Shown here: in pieces, positions 40,330 through 53,254 of the stretch | Layout of the letters: every line of letters begins with the position of its first letter | Position numbering within the stretch: the stretch's first letter is position 1 | Source: Takakia lepidozioides | Lineage: Eukaryota; Plantae; Bryophyta | Assembly (NCBI GenBank): GCA_030704615.1 | Contig: CM060734.1 | Span: 22,878,001-22,942,000, forward strand | Direction: 5' to 3' | Length of the DNA stretch: 64,000 bases | Notes under the pieces: model-generated | The model's database searches: none | The model's input: only the letters and a program-made list of their open reading frames with translations | Told to the model about the DNA's origin: nothing | Translations under genes and position numbers: made by a program

Positions 40330-41435
40330 ACCCAGTCAACGGTGGGACAATCGAGCAAAAAGGTGAATGTCTGTTGGATTACAAAGAGTAGCAGATGCAA
40401 TTGAGCATAGGAACTAGATTGATATGTTGAGTTGGGTGTTGCCTAGAACAGATATAGGTTGTCATTGTCAGCTTCTAGCAGCAAGGCAAGGATGTATGCA
40501 TGATTTGTGCAGAGGCATGGATGGTTGAAGGAGCAGGGATAGAGTGTGGGTCCAGATTCATCCAAGAGGGCCGGATTTCAACCTCCACATTACCTATGAT
40601 TTCCTGTGGAAGGATAGCTACAACAAACCTGCATGGGAAGATGGTCAACTGGAAGCTGCAGCAGCAGCGGGACAATTGATAAAATCAGGCACTGCTAATG
40701 AAGGCACCTTCTTCATCACATTTCACCCTGTTTTTCCCTCTTATCAGAACTGGCCCTAAATTTCCATGTTGAATTCTTCAAGTTAGCTGGTTGAGTGAAT
40801 CTAGTTTGGAGTGACTTTGACATGATATTGCCAATGTGACACCAGGAAAGTATCGGAAAACAGGTAACAGAGATGAGGAGAAGTTGGGGAATGAACACGT
40901 TTCTGACCCCAGTCAACGGTGGGACAATCGAGACCAAAAGGTGAATGTCGGTTAGATTATAGAGAGTAGCCGACACAATTCAACATAGGAACTAGAGTGA
41001 AAAGCTAAGTTGGGTGTTTCCTAGAACAACTCTATGCTGTCATTTTCATCTGCTAGCAACAAGTGCAAGGATGAATGCATGGTTTGTTCAGACGCATGGA
41101 TAGCTGAAGGAGCAGGGATAGAGTGTGGGTCCAGATTCTAAGAGGGCCGGATTTCAAGCTCCAGATTACCTATGATTCCTTGTAGAAGGGAAACCTGCAT
41201 GGGTACATGGTCAACTGGAAGCCACAGCAGCAGCGGCACAATTCTTAAAATCAGTCACTGCTAATCAAGGCACCTTCTTCAACACACTTCACCCTGTTTT
41301 CCCCTCTTATCATAATCGGCCCTAAATTTTCATGTTGAATTCTGCAAGTTAGCTGGTTGAGTGAACCTTTGATAGTTTGGAGTGACTTTGACATGATACT
41401 GCCAAAGTGACAACATAAAAGTATCCAGAAACAGG
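40330..41435. repeat. ~575-bp tandem repeat (about 2 units) related to the PPR-gene 5' region
   Basis: CCCAGTCAACGGTGGGACAATCG recurs at ~40331, ~40908 and (diverged) ~61086. Confidence 0.8.
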
Positions 41436-41949
41436 TTCCAATCTTGGTCGTTACGGACTCATGGATTTGTGCACTGTATGGGGCAATTTTGAGGTGTTAT
41501 CTTAATACATTGTCACGTGCTCTTCTTCATGCAGTTCATTTGATTTCGTGCATTGATGGCATGGTCTGTATGTTCTGAAGTTTGAATCACATAGGCAATG
41601 ACATGATCATCCCCAGTGTGTAGGGATTGTGTTGGTTGCAATGCATAATAGATCAATCGTAGCATCCGTGTTGTTATTCAGACATAGTAGAAACAATATT
41701 GCATATGTATGAACTACAAGTCGCAGCCCCGAAGTCAGTGCAACTAGCAGGAGTGCCTGGTTCCCAACCCACAATCGATGTAGTCACTAGTGAGGTAGTG
41801 CATTTCAACCCTCCAGTTGCATCTGTCACTTCAACACTCCAGTTGTCAACTCCACTTGCAAGTAGTGAAGGCAACCAACAGACAACTCACTGCGCCAAGT
41901 GCTGTGGCCTCAGGCCTGCACGTGGCGAGACCGGGGAAGTCACGTGTGT

Positions 41950-42486
41950 CCTTGAAGGTAACCGCTAGTCTGGTCGCTACTACGAGTCCAACACTCCGAG
42001 ACGTAGTTTACAACTTCGCAGTCTGACCGTGCAGTCGTTGAAACGACTTGCTAGTTATTTTTGAACTAGTGGTTAGTGCTCGTGTAGTACGAGATCGTGA
42101 CTATTCAGCAGCGTGAAGCAACGCGGCTATGGCGCGTGTCCTGCCTCCAAGAGAACACGTGGAATTTTCACACCGAACCACGCGGCTGTATTCCTGGTGT
42201 GCACACAGTGGGGAAGTCGGAACCCCCCGGTCAAAATTCCATTGTGGTCAAGGTCCAAGATTCAGTCAACACCGCGCGTGGAGACGCCACGTGGCCACAC
42301 CTTAAAAATTACCCTGCAGTCGGCGTCACGACTGACTGGAATGACTCCGACCACGTAATGACCGGAACGACTGGGCTGTCCGATAGGTCGTCCTTTCGGA
42401 CTCATAGTTGCCCAATCGTTTTTTGACTGAAACGACTGGGTTTCCAGTCGTTTTTTGAGTCGTTATTTCGGCGATTCCTTGTAGTG
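41950..42486. mobile_element. Probable single end of a CACTA/EnSpm element
   Basis: Ends ...TTCCTTGTAGTG (reverse complement CACTACAAGGAA), preceded by many ACGACT/AGTCG subterminal-like repeats; no partner end found. Confidence 0.55.
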
Positions 42487-42789
42487 AAGGCAGGGCTGAA
42501 TCATTGCTGATGGTTGGCACCCCCACTTTTCTGCCTTGTTTTTCATCCCCTAAGTGCTTTGATCTTCCAGTGACAATATAGAATCGTTGTTCATATTCTT
42601 CATTTCCTTCTCTCAGTTTAATTTAATTTAATTTCTCTTAGTTTAATGAAGTTGCTTTTCTTTTTTTCTTTTTACTATTCTTGGTAAGCCACCTGTGGTG
42701 ATGAAGATTTTGGTGATGTGTAGAATAAAACTGATCCTGGCAAGGGCCATAAGAACACTCATAAACTGATGTACTGCTCTGAAATGATT

Positions 42790-45047
42790 TAGAAATGCAC
42801 CTCTTTGCCCTTCTCTAGGGCTGCCATGCTTGCACGACGCCACATCCTGTTCAGCCATAGTGTTGAACACTCCCTTTGCATCCTAGATGCACCCACATTT
42901 TGCAAACATGTCCACTAGGGTATTGTTCCGAATGACATCTGGTACAATTCCAGCTCTGAAGATGTCGCCATGCACCTCTTTCCTCTTTTCCACAGCTGCC
43001 AGGGCAGTGTTTAGAATGACATTTGGTACAATTCCAGCTTTGATGATATCCCCATGCATCTCTTTGCCCTTCTCCAGGGCTGCCAAGCTTGCACAAGCAT
43101 TGCAAATGCACACAAACATAATGTGCTTCCCCCATCATTTGCTCATAGGTCTCCAAAGCCTCCATCCCACGTCCCTGCTGTGCATACCCTGCAAGCATCG
43201 CACTCCACAACACCACATCTGGTTCAGCCATAGTGTCGAACACTCCCTTTGCATCCTAAATGCACCCACATTTTGCAAACATGTCCACCAGGGTATTGTT
43301 CAGAATGACAGCTGGTACAATTCCAGCTCTGAAGATGTCGCCATGGACCCGTTGCCAGGGCAGTGTTTAGAATCACATTTGGTACAATTCCAGCTTTGAC
43401 GATATCCCCATGCACCTCTTTGCCCTTCTCTAGGGCTGCCAGGCTTGCACGACGCCACATCCTGTTCAGCCAGTGTTGAACACTCCCTTTGCATCCTAGA
43501 TGCACCCACATTTTGCAAACATGTCCACTAGGGTATTGTTCAGAATGACATCTGGTACAATTCCAGCTCTGAGATGTCGCCATGGACCTCCTTCCCCTTT
43601 TCCAGAGCTGCCAGGGTAGTGTTTAGAATGACATCAGGTACAATTCCAGCTTTGACGATATCCCCATGCACCTCTTTGCCCTTCTCTAGGGCTGCCAAGC
43701 TTGCATGATGCCACATCTTGTTCAGCCATAGTGTTGAACACTCCCTTTGCATCCTAGATGCATCCACATTTTGCAAACATGTCCACTAGGGTATTGTTCA
43801 AAATGACATCTGGTACAATTCCAACTCTGAGATGTCGCCATGGACCTCTTTCCCCTTTTCTAGAGCTGCCAGGGCAGTGTTCAGAATGACGTTTGGTACA
43901 ATTCCAGCTTTGTTATCCCCATGCACCTCTTTGCCCTTCTCCAGGGCTGTCAGGCTTGCACAAACATTGCGAATGCACACAAACATGATGTGCTTCCCCC
44001 ATCATTTGCTTGTAGGTCTCCAAAGCCTCCATCCCACGTCCCTACTGTGCATACCCTGCAAGCATCGCACTCCATGACACCACATCTCATAGGTCTCCAA
44101 AGCCTCCTTCCCACGTCCTTGATGTGCATACCCTGCAAGCATCGCCTTCCACGACACCACATCTCGTTCAGCCATAGTGTCGAACACTCCCTTTGCATCC
44201 TTGATGCACCCACATTTTGCATACATGTCCACTAGGGCCGTGTTTAGAATGGCATTTGGTACAATTCCAGCTCTGACGATGTCGCCATGGACATCTAGTG
44301 CACTTCTAGCTTTGAAGATGTCACCATGGGCCTCTTCTCCCCCTTTTCCAGGGCTCCCAGGCTTGCACACGCATTGCAAACACAAACAGTCGTGATGTGG
44401 TTTGGCTTCACCCCTTCGTGCATCATTCGCTCATCCAAAGCATCGTTCCACATACATATCTGAATCTGCTGAGATGCTCCTTGGTTTAAAGTCTGTAGAG
44501 CCTTTTTCAGTCTGCCTACCTCACAAAGCATCTTCACATGCCCAGAAGAGCCAGAAGAGGCATTATGGACTCCCTCTCTTTATCCTCTTTCAGAAGCCAA
44601 CGAGCTGACTTACAGAATTTAGTATGCATCTCAGGGCCGAGCCTCCATCCCGCGCCCAAGCTGTGCATATCCTGCAATCATGGCGTTACAAGACACCACA
44701 TCTCCTTCAGTCATATTGTCAAACACTCCCTTTGCATCCTCGATGCACCCACAATTGGCATACATGTCCACGAGGGTATTGTTCAGAACAATATCTGGTT
44801 CAATTCCCGCTTTGATGATGTCACCATGGACCTCTCTGCCCTTTTCCAAGGCTGCTAGGCTTGCACACGCATTGCAGACACAAATAAAGGTGATGTGATT
44901 GGGCTTCACCCCTTCCCACCATTTTCTCATAGGTCTCCAAAGCCTCCATCCCGCACCCATGCTGTGCATATCCTACAATCATTGCACTCCAAGACACCAC
45001 ATTTCGTTCAGCCATTAGGTCGAACACTCCCTTTGCATCCTCAATGC
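42790..45047 (-). pseudogene. PLS-class PPR pseudogene (downstream part)
   Basis: Repeated NTLVDMYAKCGCI.DAKGVFD.M.E.DVVSW.AM.AGYAQ / CNACASLAALEKGKEVHG motifs with many frameshifts and internal duplications. Confidence 0.92.
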
Positions 45048-45419
45048 TGTAGAAGAAGTAGTTAGTCTATACTCAGATTAGGTGTTACTATTAGTTAGTA
45101 GCATCTAGGAGGTTTGAACAGTTAAGACTCTTGGTTCTAGATTTGAACAGATAGATCTAAAGAGGTGTGTTTGAGATCTCAAGAGATGAACCTCTTGCAT
45201 TGTGTAAACTCTGAGCTCGGGGGAGAAGCCGATCATCTTGTTCTTGATCATAAGGCTTCTATGGTTGGGAGGAGAGCTCCACTGTCTAATAAAAATTCTC
45301 TTTGTTATTTACTATATGGTATCAGAGCCAGCTTAGATCTGAAGCAGAGAGAGAGATGGTCTTAGGACCAAATGAGTGGAGAGAGAATCCATCTATGTAA
45401 TTAGTGAGAGTAGGCTCTC

Positions 45420-48400
45420 ATGACGTCATCACCTCCTTTAGGTTCAGGGAACCATGGATCTAACTTTAACACGTTAGATGCTAGAGTGGAGGATAGATTT
45501 GATGGGACTAATTATCATACTTGGAAATTTAGAATGGAAATGATCCTCCTAGACAAGGACTTGTGGTCAGTAGTTGATGGCACTTTAGTGAGGCCAACCA
45601 CAACCAATGGTCAACCTGCATGGGACATGAAAGATCAAAGGGCTAGAGCAAGTCTTATAACAAGTCTCAGAGATAATCAAATGCACTTAGTAACTAGTGC
45701 TTCCACCGCAATGACGATCTGGGACAAGTTGGCCACAATATTTGAGACTAAAGATGTCACGTCAAATGTGTTTGCCACTACTCGTTTTTATAGTCTAAAA
45801 ATGAGTGAAATAGAGAGTGTAGAGCTACACTTGAGTTCCTTCAATGTCTTGAGAAGACAACTCGAAGCAGTAGTGTTGCTTGGGTCATTACCAGAGTCTT
45901 ATGATGGGTTTGTAGTGTCACTAACAGGGCAAAACAACCTATCGGTGGATAATGTCATAGGGCTATTACTTAAAGAGGAAATAAGAAGAAAATGCCAAAC
46001 ATCTACTTATTCTCTGGAAAGTTTGGTAATAAGAAGAAGTCTTGGAAGTCCCCTCAAAAACAAGAGGTAGGAGAATCTAGTGAGTCTGGATATAAGAAGT
46101 CTAAAATAAAATGCTTTTACTGTAAGCAACCTAGTCATATAATCAAGAACTGCAGAAAATGAATGGTGGAGGAAAAGCAAAATGGTGATAGTACTTCACA
46201 GCAACTCTAGCTACTAGAAAAATGGCTAGGAAAGACGGTGCCGTGTTATTTGTAGTCTCCCTTTCAGCTTCTTCTGGTCAAAGTGACATATGGTATGTAG
46301 ACTCTGGGGCATCACATCATATGACCCTGGACAGAGATAATTTTCTAACATACAAAACGATTTCTCCTACTAATATGTGTTATTAGGTGACGACAGTAAA
46401 CATCCTATTAGTGGAGAGGGCACTGTGTCAGTTATGATAGACCAGGGTGAGATGAGAGAGATAGAAGATATCTTGCATGTTCCCTCCCTAACTAAAAACC
46501 TCCTTTCTGTGAGAAAGATTGTCATAGCTGGTTATAAGGTGTTATTCCACAATAGTCAATGTCTCATTTCAGATGAGCAAGGGAATGTGGTGGCAAGTGC
46601 CATACTGGAAAATGATCTATACAAGTTACAGATATTTTGTACAGTTAAGAGAGCTCTTGCTACACAATCCGAGAGGACTATGTCAGAAACAGAACTATGG
46701 CATAGAAGGCTATGACATCTTAGCACTGAGAAACTGAAACAGTTGAAAGACCTATACCTAGTGGAAGGGCTCTCATTAAAGGAAGTAGAACAGACCAGTC
46801 TATGTAAGGGTTGTATAGAAGGAAAACAACACCGACAAAAATTCCCAAAAGATGGAGGTCAACGTGCAAATAGTCTGTTGGAGGTTGTGCACTCAGACGT
46901 GTGCGGCCCTATGCAGACAAAGTCGCTCGGTGGAGCCACCTACTTTGTCACCTTCATCGACGATGTTTCAAGAAGAACAACAGTCAATTTTCTGAAGCAG
47001 AAAAACCAAGTACTAGATAAATTTAAAGAATACAAAGTTCTTACAGAGAAACAGACAGGGAAAACCCTCAAAACTCTGAGGTCAGATAATGGAGGGGAAT
47101 ACATTTCTAATGCCTTCAACCAATTCTGTAAAGATAACGGAATAGTGAGACAATTAACGGTTCCCTATACACCTGAACAAAACGGTGTTGCGGAGCGGAA
47201 GAATAGGTCTCTACAAGAGTGTGCTAGGAGCATGCTCAAGCAGGCTAACCTGCCTAATTATTTTTGGGCGGAAGTAGTGGGAACTACAACCTACCTTCAA
47301 AATAGAACGCCTATAAGAGCAGTCTCGGGAATGACTCCAGAAGAAGTGTGGACAGGTGTGAAGCCAAGTGTATCGCATTGTAAGGTGTTTGGAAGTCGAG
47401 CCTATGCTCATATCCCAGAAGAGAAGAGACAGAAACTGGATTCAAAAAGTGAAGCCTGCATTTTCGTAGGCTACACTGAAGGAGTTAAGGGATATAAACT
47501 GCTTAAGGAGAAAACAAAGACTGTCTTTCATAGTAGGGATGTTGTCTTTGATGAAGCAAGTACAGCTTTTCCAAGAGTGGGAGAAAAACCCAGTCAACAA
47601 TCAAGTTTCCAATCTACTGACAAGACACCTAATGAGATTTCAATAGAATCTGAAGAAGAATGTGAAAATCTCCCTATGGTTGAAGATGAAGTAGATCATA
47701 CTCTTGAAGATGAAGAGGAGGATGAAGCTAGTGAGGAACAAGTAAGTCCACTTCTGCGAAGGTCACGAAGGGAGAGAAAAGTTCTTGAGAGGCTTATCAC
47801 GTCGATGACAGCCGTTGAAGCCGTGAGAGGAGAAATCCCATTGACAGAATCTGCTACCTACGAAGAATCAATGACAGCCCCTGATAAGGTTAAGTGGGAG
47901 CAGGCAATAAACTCTGAATTCAATTCGCTAATATAGAATCAAACATGGTCACTTACTGACCTACCCCTAGGACGTAAAGTTGTTGGGTGCAAATGGATCT
48001 TTAAGATCAAGCTCAAGTCCGACGGGAGTGTTGACAGGTATAAAGCGCGGCTGGTTGCTAAGGGTTTCTCACAGGTAACAAGGTGTTGACTACAACGACA
48101 TTTTTTCACCTGTTGTAAAAATCACTTCAATAAGAGTATTAATGGCATTGGCAGCCGAGAATGATTTTGATGTCCATCAAATGGATGTCAAAACAATGTT
48201 TCTCAATGGCTACCTACAAAAGACCATTTACATGGATCAGCCTCAAGGTTTTATCAAACCAGAGACCAGAGACAAAGTCTGTAAGTTACATAAGACGCTC
48301 TACGGGCTCAAACAGTCTCCGAGAGCATGGTACGAAAGGATCGATACTTTTCTTCTAACATCTGGATTTAAGAAGAATGTTGCAGATACAAACGTCTACA

Positions 48401-49418
48401 TCCTTACACAAGGAAGTCGATTGGTTATATTGGCCTTGTATGTGGATGACGCTGTGCTGGTCAGCAATGATGGTCAAGGATTACTAGTGCAATTCAAAGA
48501 TAAACTGTCCAAGGAGTTTTCCATGACTGATATGGGTTCAATTCAATTTTGTCTTGGCATACAAATCAGTAGAGATAGAGTAAATCGTACTGTTTTTATG
48601 CATCAAGCTAAGTACATTGAAACTAAATTACTGCAATTTAAGTTAGACATGAGTAAAGCAGTCTCAACTCCACTAGAAGCAGGCCTAAAGCTCACAAAAG
48701 AGATATGTCCTCAAACTCAAGAAGACACAGAAGATATGACAAAGGTTCCATATCAGAGTGCTGTGGGTAGCTTAATGTATTGCATGACTTGCACTAGACC
48801 TGATATTGCATACTCAGTGGGAGTCGTCTCATAGTTTCTTTCGAATCCTGGTGAGACCCATTGGAGAGCAATCAAGAGGATTTTTAGGTACCTCAGAGGA
48901 ACATCAACAATGGGATTACTCTACAAAGGAAAGGGGAGAACAAGTCTGGAAGGCTATACAGATGCTGATTGGGCAGGGGATTTCGACAGCAGGAGATCGA
49001 CATCGGGACATTGTTTCACTCTTGCAGGTGGAGCTGTGTCGTGGTCAAGCAAGAGATAGACTGCAACAGTGCTTTCATCAACGGAAGCGGAATACATGGC
49101 AGCCACTCAAGCGGCCAAAGAGGCTGTGTGGTTAAGAAAGTTACTAGGAGACTTGGGTCATAAGCAATCAGGAGCAACAACTATGTATTGTGATAATTAG
49201 AGTGCAATAGCACTAAGTCAAAACCCTAAGTATCATTCTAGGACTAAGCACATAGAAGTGCAACATCATTACATAAGAGAGATAGTGGCCAAAGAAGAAG
49301 TAAACATAGTTTACTGTGCTACAGACGACATGGTTGCAGATATCATGACGAAGAATTTACCAAAGCTCAAGCATTCGAAGTGTACTACTGAGCTTGGCCT
49401 TAGCTCAAGTCTACAGTA
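45420..49418 (+). pseudogene. Copia gag-PR-IN-RT-RH polyprotein with premature stops
   Basis: FDGTNYHTWKFRM; CFYC..P.H...C; WYVDSGASHHM; VHSDVCGP, RSDNGGEY, QNGVAERKN; LYVDD; DADWAG, RTKHI. Confidence 0.96.
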
Positions 49419-49730
49419 GTTCAAGAACATACACAGAGGCTTTAAAAACTGATTAAGACCTAACTAAGTGGGAGTGTAGAAGAAGTAGTTAGTCTATACT
49501 CAGATTAGGTGTTACTATTAGTTAGTAGCATCTAGGAGGTTTGAACGGGGGCTGCTATTTCATGAGCGGCATGAGCATGAGAGGAAAAAAAAAAAAGCAT
49601 GAGCAGACCATTGTGAGTCCACGGAAATAGGGTTAGGAGGCACGGAAATAGGGCCGAACATTTTATTGCAAATTTTGTGGCAAGCCACGTCTATACAAGT
49701 GTGTTCTAACTATCATAGCCGGAATGGGCA

Positions 49731-52700
49731 CTACTCTCCTACACCCTCCGAGGAACTTGCCCCACCTTCTTCCTCATCCCCCTCATCCCCCTCGTCCTCG
49801 GAGCTCTGTGATGCATCAGTTCCACTATGCCTCTCAAAAATCCCGTCCTCTCCTTGGGGGACTGTCCACCTCACCTCCTGGGAATCTTCTGCGTCTTCTC
49901 CCCCACTTTCCTCAGCAGAATCCAACACAAATCTACGAGCCCGACGGGCTCTAATAGTTGCTGCCTCCTCCCTCATCTTCATTTTCTTGAGGCTTGCCTC
50001 GTCTAAAATCTGCTGTACACGACTACGTTCGGAACACCTCCTAATGGACACCGAAGCAAGCCGGGCAGCATAAGTAGGAAGGATGTACTCCCTTTCTGGA
50101 CTAGGCATGAAATCCCCCCTGGCAAAAAAAGGCACGTTCCTCCTGCCCATGAACTCCGGTGTAGACGTCCCTCCGGCAGTACTTGGCATCCTACAGTAAG
50201 AACAAATCCACTTCAAGAATGTCAATACCAGCACAACTAGAAAGGGTTTTCAATGAAATAAGAGAGCGGAGGGAGGTGCCTCACGAAATCTGGAGGCAAC
50301 TTACAATGCCACCACTCACTCGTAAACCGGGGGCTCCTCGGCCTCGATCCCAACTTCCTCCCCCTGCTCCTTCTCGGATTTTTCCTCATCCTCCGAGGAT
50401 GCCTCTTCCTCTTTCGACAGACGTTCAGCCGCTGCAAGTTCCGAGTTGTGGAGGGCAGTATCTGGCTCGAAGGCGAACACATGCCTGTCGGACAACGTCC
50501 CTGCCCGCATTGAAGCACCTGAGGAACAAAGCGGGCGGTTAATAGCTTGCGGCATGCAATTGCAGTCGGGCCAGGGGACAAACTGAGCAAGTGAAGGCTT
50601 ACCCGTGCCTCATGTGAGGTCCAGAATCCGCCCTTGGACATCCGAGCACGTCTCCATGAGGGTTTGGATGAAAGCAGGGCTCCGGGTCCGGCTGTACCGC
50701 CACGGTTTGCCTGTCTTTGTGTCCTTCGGCATACTGGAGTGGGGCACATAGTTGTAGAGGACATCGTATGTTACAGGGTCCACAGTGGCATCAACAAGAC
50801 GACCGTCGTTGCGGAATTTGAACGTAGACCCTCTCTTCACAAAGCAATATGCCTCAAACACCAATGTCTGCACATCCAACAAAGAAGGGATCAACTCCAG
50901 GGTCTACTTAACATACACCACAATATGAAGTGAATGCAAAAGATTGATAACTTACACTTTGGCCCTCTGTTCGCAACCCCTGCGTACTGATGCAGAACCA
51001 TTTTCTGAGGAGGACCGGGGTGACACTTTTCGGTGTCCACCTTGCCACCGCATTCTCTGTGGTCTTCCCTCTCGTGGCAATGACAACCACACATCCACCG
51101 TCATCCAGAAGCATCCCCGCCAGCCCAAACCCGGCTTTCCAGTAGTCCTCAGTAAACCTGTTCCAGGTGGGCACACCATCCAGGCCCTCCAGCAGCTCCC
51201 CATCTGGAATGTCGAGGAGAATCATGTCGCAAGCTCTCTCCACCTCAACCCCCCCCAAGTGCTCTTGCAATTCGTGCTCACAGCCGTGAAGAATTCCATC
51301 ATGGCTTCAAAACCAGGGGTGTCTTTAGGCTCTGTACCGCCAGCCCTCTTCTTGGCTTTCCCCTTCTGCTCCGCCAGAGACTTGTTGTGTGCCACCTTCT
51401 TCGCCCTGGCAGCGAGAGCGTCAAGGAAGCTCTCATTGACGCATTGGATGATGGTTGGAGGTTCTAGCTTTGGCCTGTGCGTAAACGTCACCGCCGAATA
51501 CCGGCGTGTAGGCTCGCCCTCAAATGCCAACTTCTTAGCAGAGCCAGTCCCACTCCGAACTGACTTGGGAACCCGGACGACCGGTGACTGGGTAGGAGCA
51601 ACAGCAGTCGAAGGACCTTGAACGAAGTCGTCGTCCGAGTCAATCTCTTGGGTCCCCTCCTGCGCCTCCTCCGATGCCCCGATGGTTTTCTTCTTTTTGG
51701 GTGTTACTGCAGTCACCTGTTTCCTTGTCCTTTTCCTTTGACCTTTACTCTTCTCATGCAATTTCTCCTGAATTCCTGCCTGAGCAAGCTCTGCCGCTTT
51801 CCTGGAGTTCGCAAGCGCTTTTGCCTCTTTTGCACCCAACGGAGGCAGCGGAGCCCGGTTTCGTCGGAATTCAGCATCCAGCTTCAATTGAAACTCGGAT
51901 GGGTCGAGCGAGCCGGGCGGAAGGTCCACATACCAAGGGCAATCGCGCAAATGTTCCAGATGCCACTCCTTCACAATATCGTCAGTGTACATGGAGTCAG
52001 CCCCAGGGTTCCTCCATGCCAGGAAGAATGGTGGCTCGAAAGACAGATGACCTTTCTCCAAAAGGGAGAACTTACAATACCTGCATTCATGAAAAACACA
52101 ATGAGGTCCGAAAATGGCTAGAACTGGAAAACGGCGCCGAATTTCCACTTCAGGGCCAGCCAGTCTAGGGACTTAGCCCGAAAATGGCTAAGTCCCTGGA
52201 CGGCAATAGGGCATCGAACTGGAAAACGGCGCCGAATTTCCAGTTCCGGGCCAGCCACCCTAGGGACTTAGCCCGAAAATGGCTAAGTCCCTGGACGGCA
52301 ATAGGGCCTCGAACTGGAAAACGGCGCCGAATTTCCAGTTCAGGGCCAGCCACCCTAGGGACTTAGCCCGAAAATGGCTAAGCCCCTGGACGGCAATAGG
52401 GCCTCGAACTGGAAAACGGCGCCGAATTTCCAGTTCCGGGCCAGCCAGTCTAGGGACTTAGCCCGAAAATGGCTAAGTCCCTGGACGGCAATAGGGCCTG
52501 GAACTGGAAAACGGCGCCGAATTTCTAGTTCCGGGCCAGCCAGTCTAGGGACTTAGCCCGAAAATGGCTAAGTCCCTGGACGGCAATAGGGCCTGGAACT
52601 GGAAAACGGCGCCGAATTTCCAGTTCGGGCCAGCCAGTCTAGGGACTTAGCCATTTTCGGAGCCCTGACTGGAAATTCGGCGCCATTTTCCCTAACACCA

Positions 52701-53220
52701 CTTGAGGCCTCTAACATCCTGAAATGCCAGGACTTGAAAGAAAGGCAGCGCGTATGTACCTGTACAGAAGGCGCATTGCTGCTTTGTCCGCGTTCGGCTG
52801 GTCGGTGAACTCGTGGCTTCGGCGAGCATCTGCTATCTCCCGAAAAAATAGGTTGGTTTTGTAGAGCATAAAGTACCTCGTCACATAGTCACGTAGGCTC
52901 TCTGCTGCAGGAGATATCTCCATCTTGAACTGATGTGCTTGTGTGTCCAGCTGCTCTTGCGCATTCGTCGTCACCTGTGGAGATTGTCCATCAGATCGCT
53001 TTCCTCAAAAAATACAATGAATCCACCTCCTACTAGAGTAGAAGCCCCAAACGAAGCGTGGGGAAGTACCTGAAACCACCATGTCATGCGGTTCATCCAC
53101 ATGTCGAATGTGGGGTCAGAGAGTTTGTCCGGTTTGGGGAAGCTCCACATGTCCCTGGTACTTTGGGAACCATTCCAGATTTGGAGCCACCGGGTCTGTC
53201 CAACCACCCAGCATATTCGT
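49731..53220 (-). pseudogene. Multi-exon gene with beta-class N6A/N4C DNA methyltransferase-like domain
   Basis: GT-AG introns 53069-52975, 52759-52081, 50955-50868, 50602-50519, 50319-50191 join the ORFs in phase. CDMILLDIPDG...W...LLDDGGCVVVI precedes KPW...RSPAFIQTLMETCS...ILDLT*GTGASMRAG...RHVFAFEPD. One TGA (50610-50612), one frameshift in a C8 run (~51250) and a probable second one in exon 1 (~53140). Confidence 0.78.
52110..52690. repeat. 95-bp tandem repeat (~6 units) inside an intron of the methyltransferase gene
   Basis: Units recur at 52184, 52279, 52374...; core AAAACGGCGCCGAATTTC. Confidence 0.92.
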
Positions 53221-53254
53221 AAGCGCCAAACACCACACGAATATCCACGTAGAG

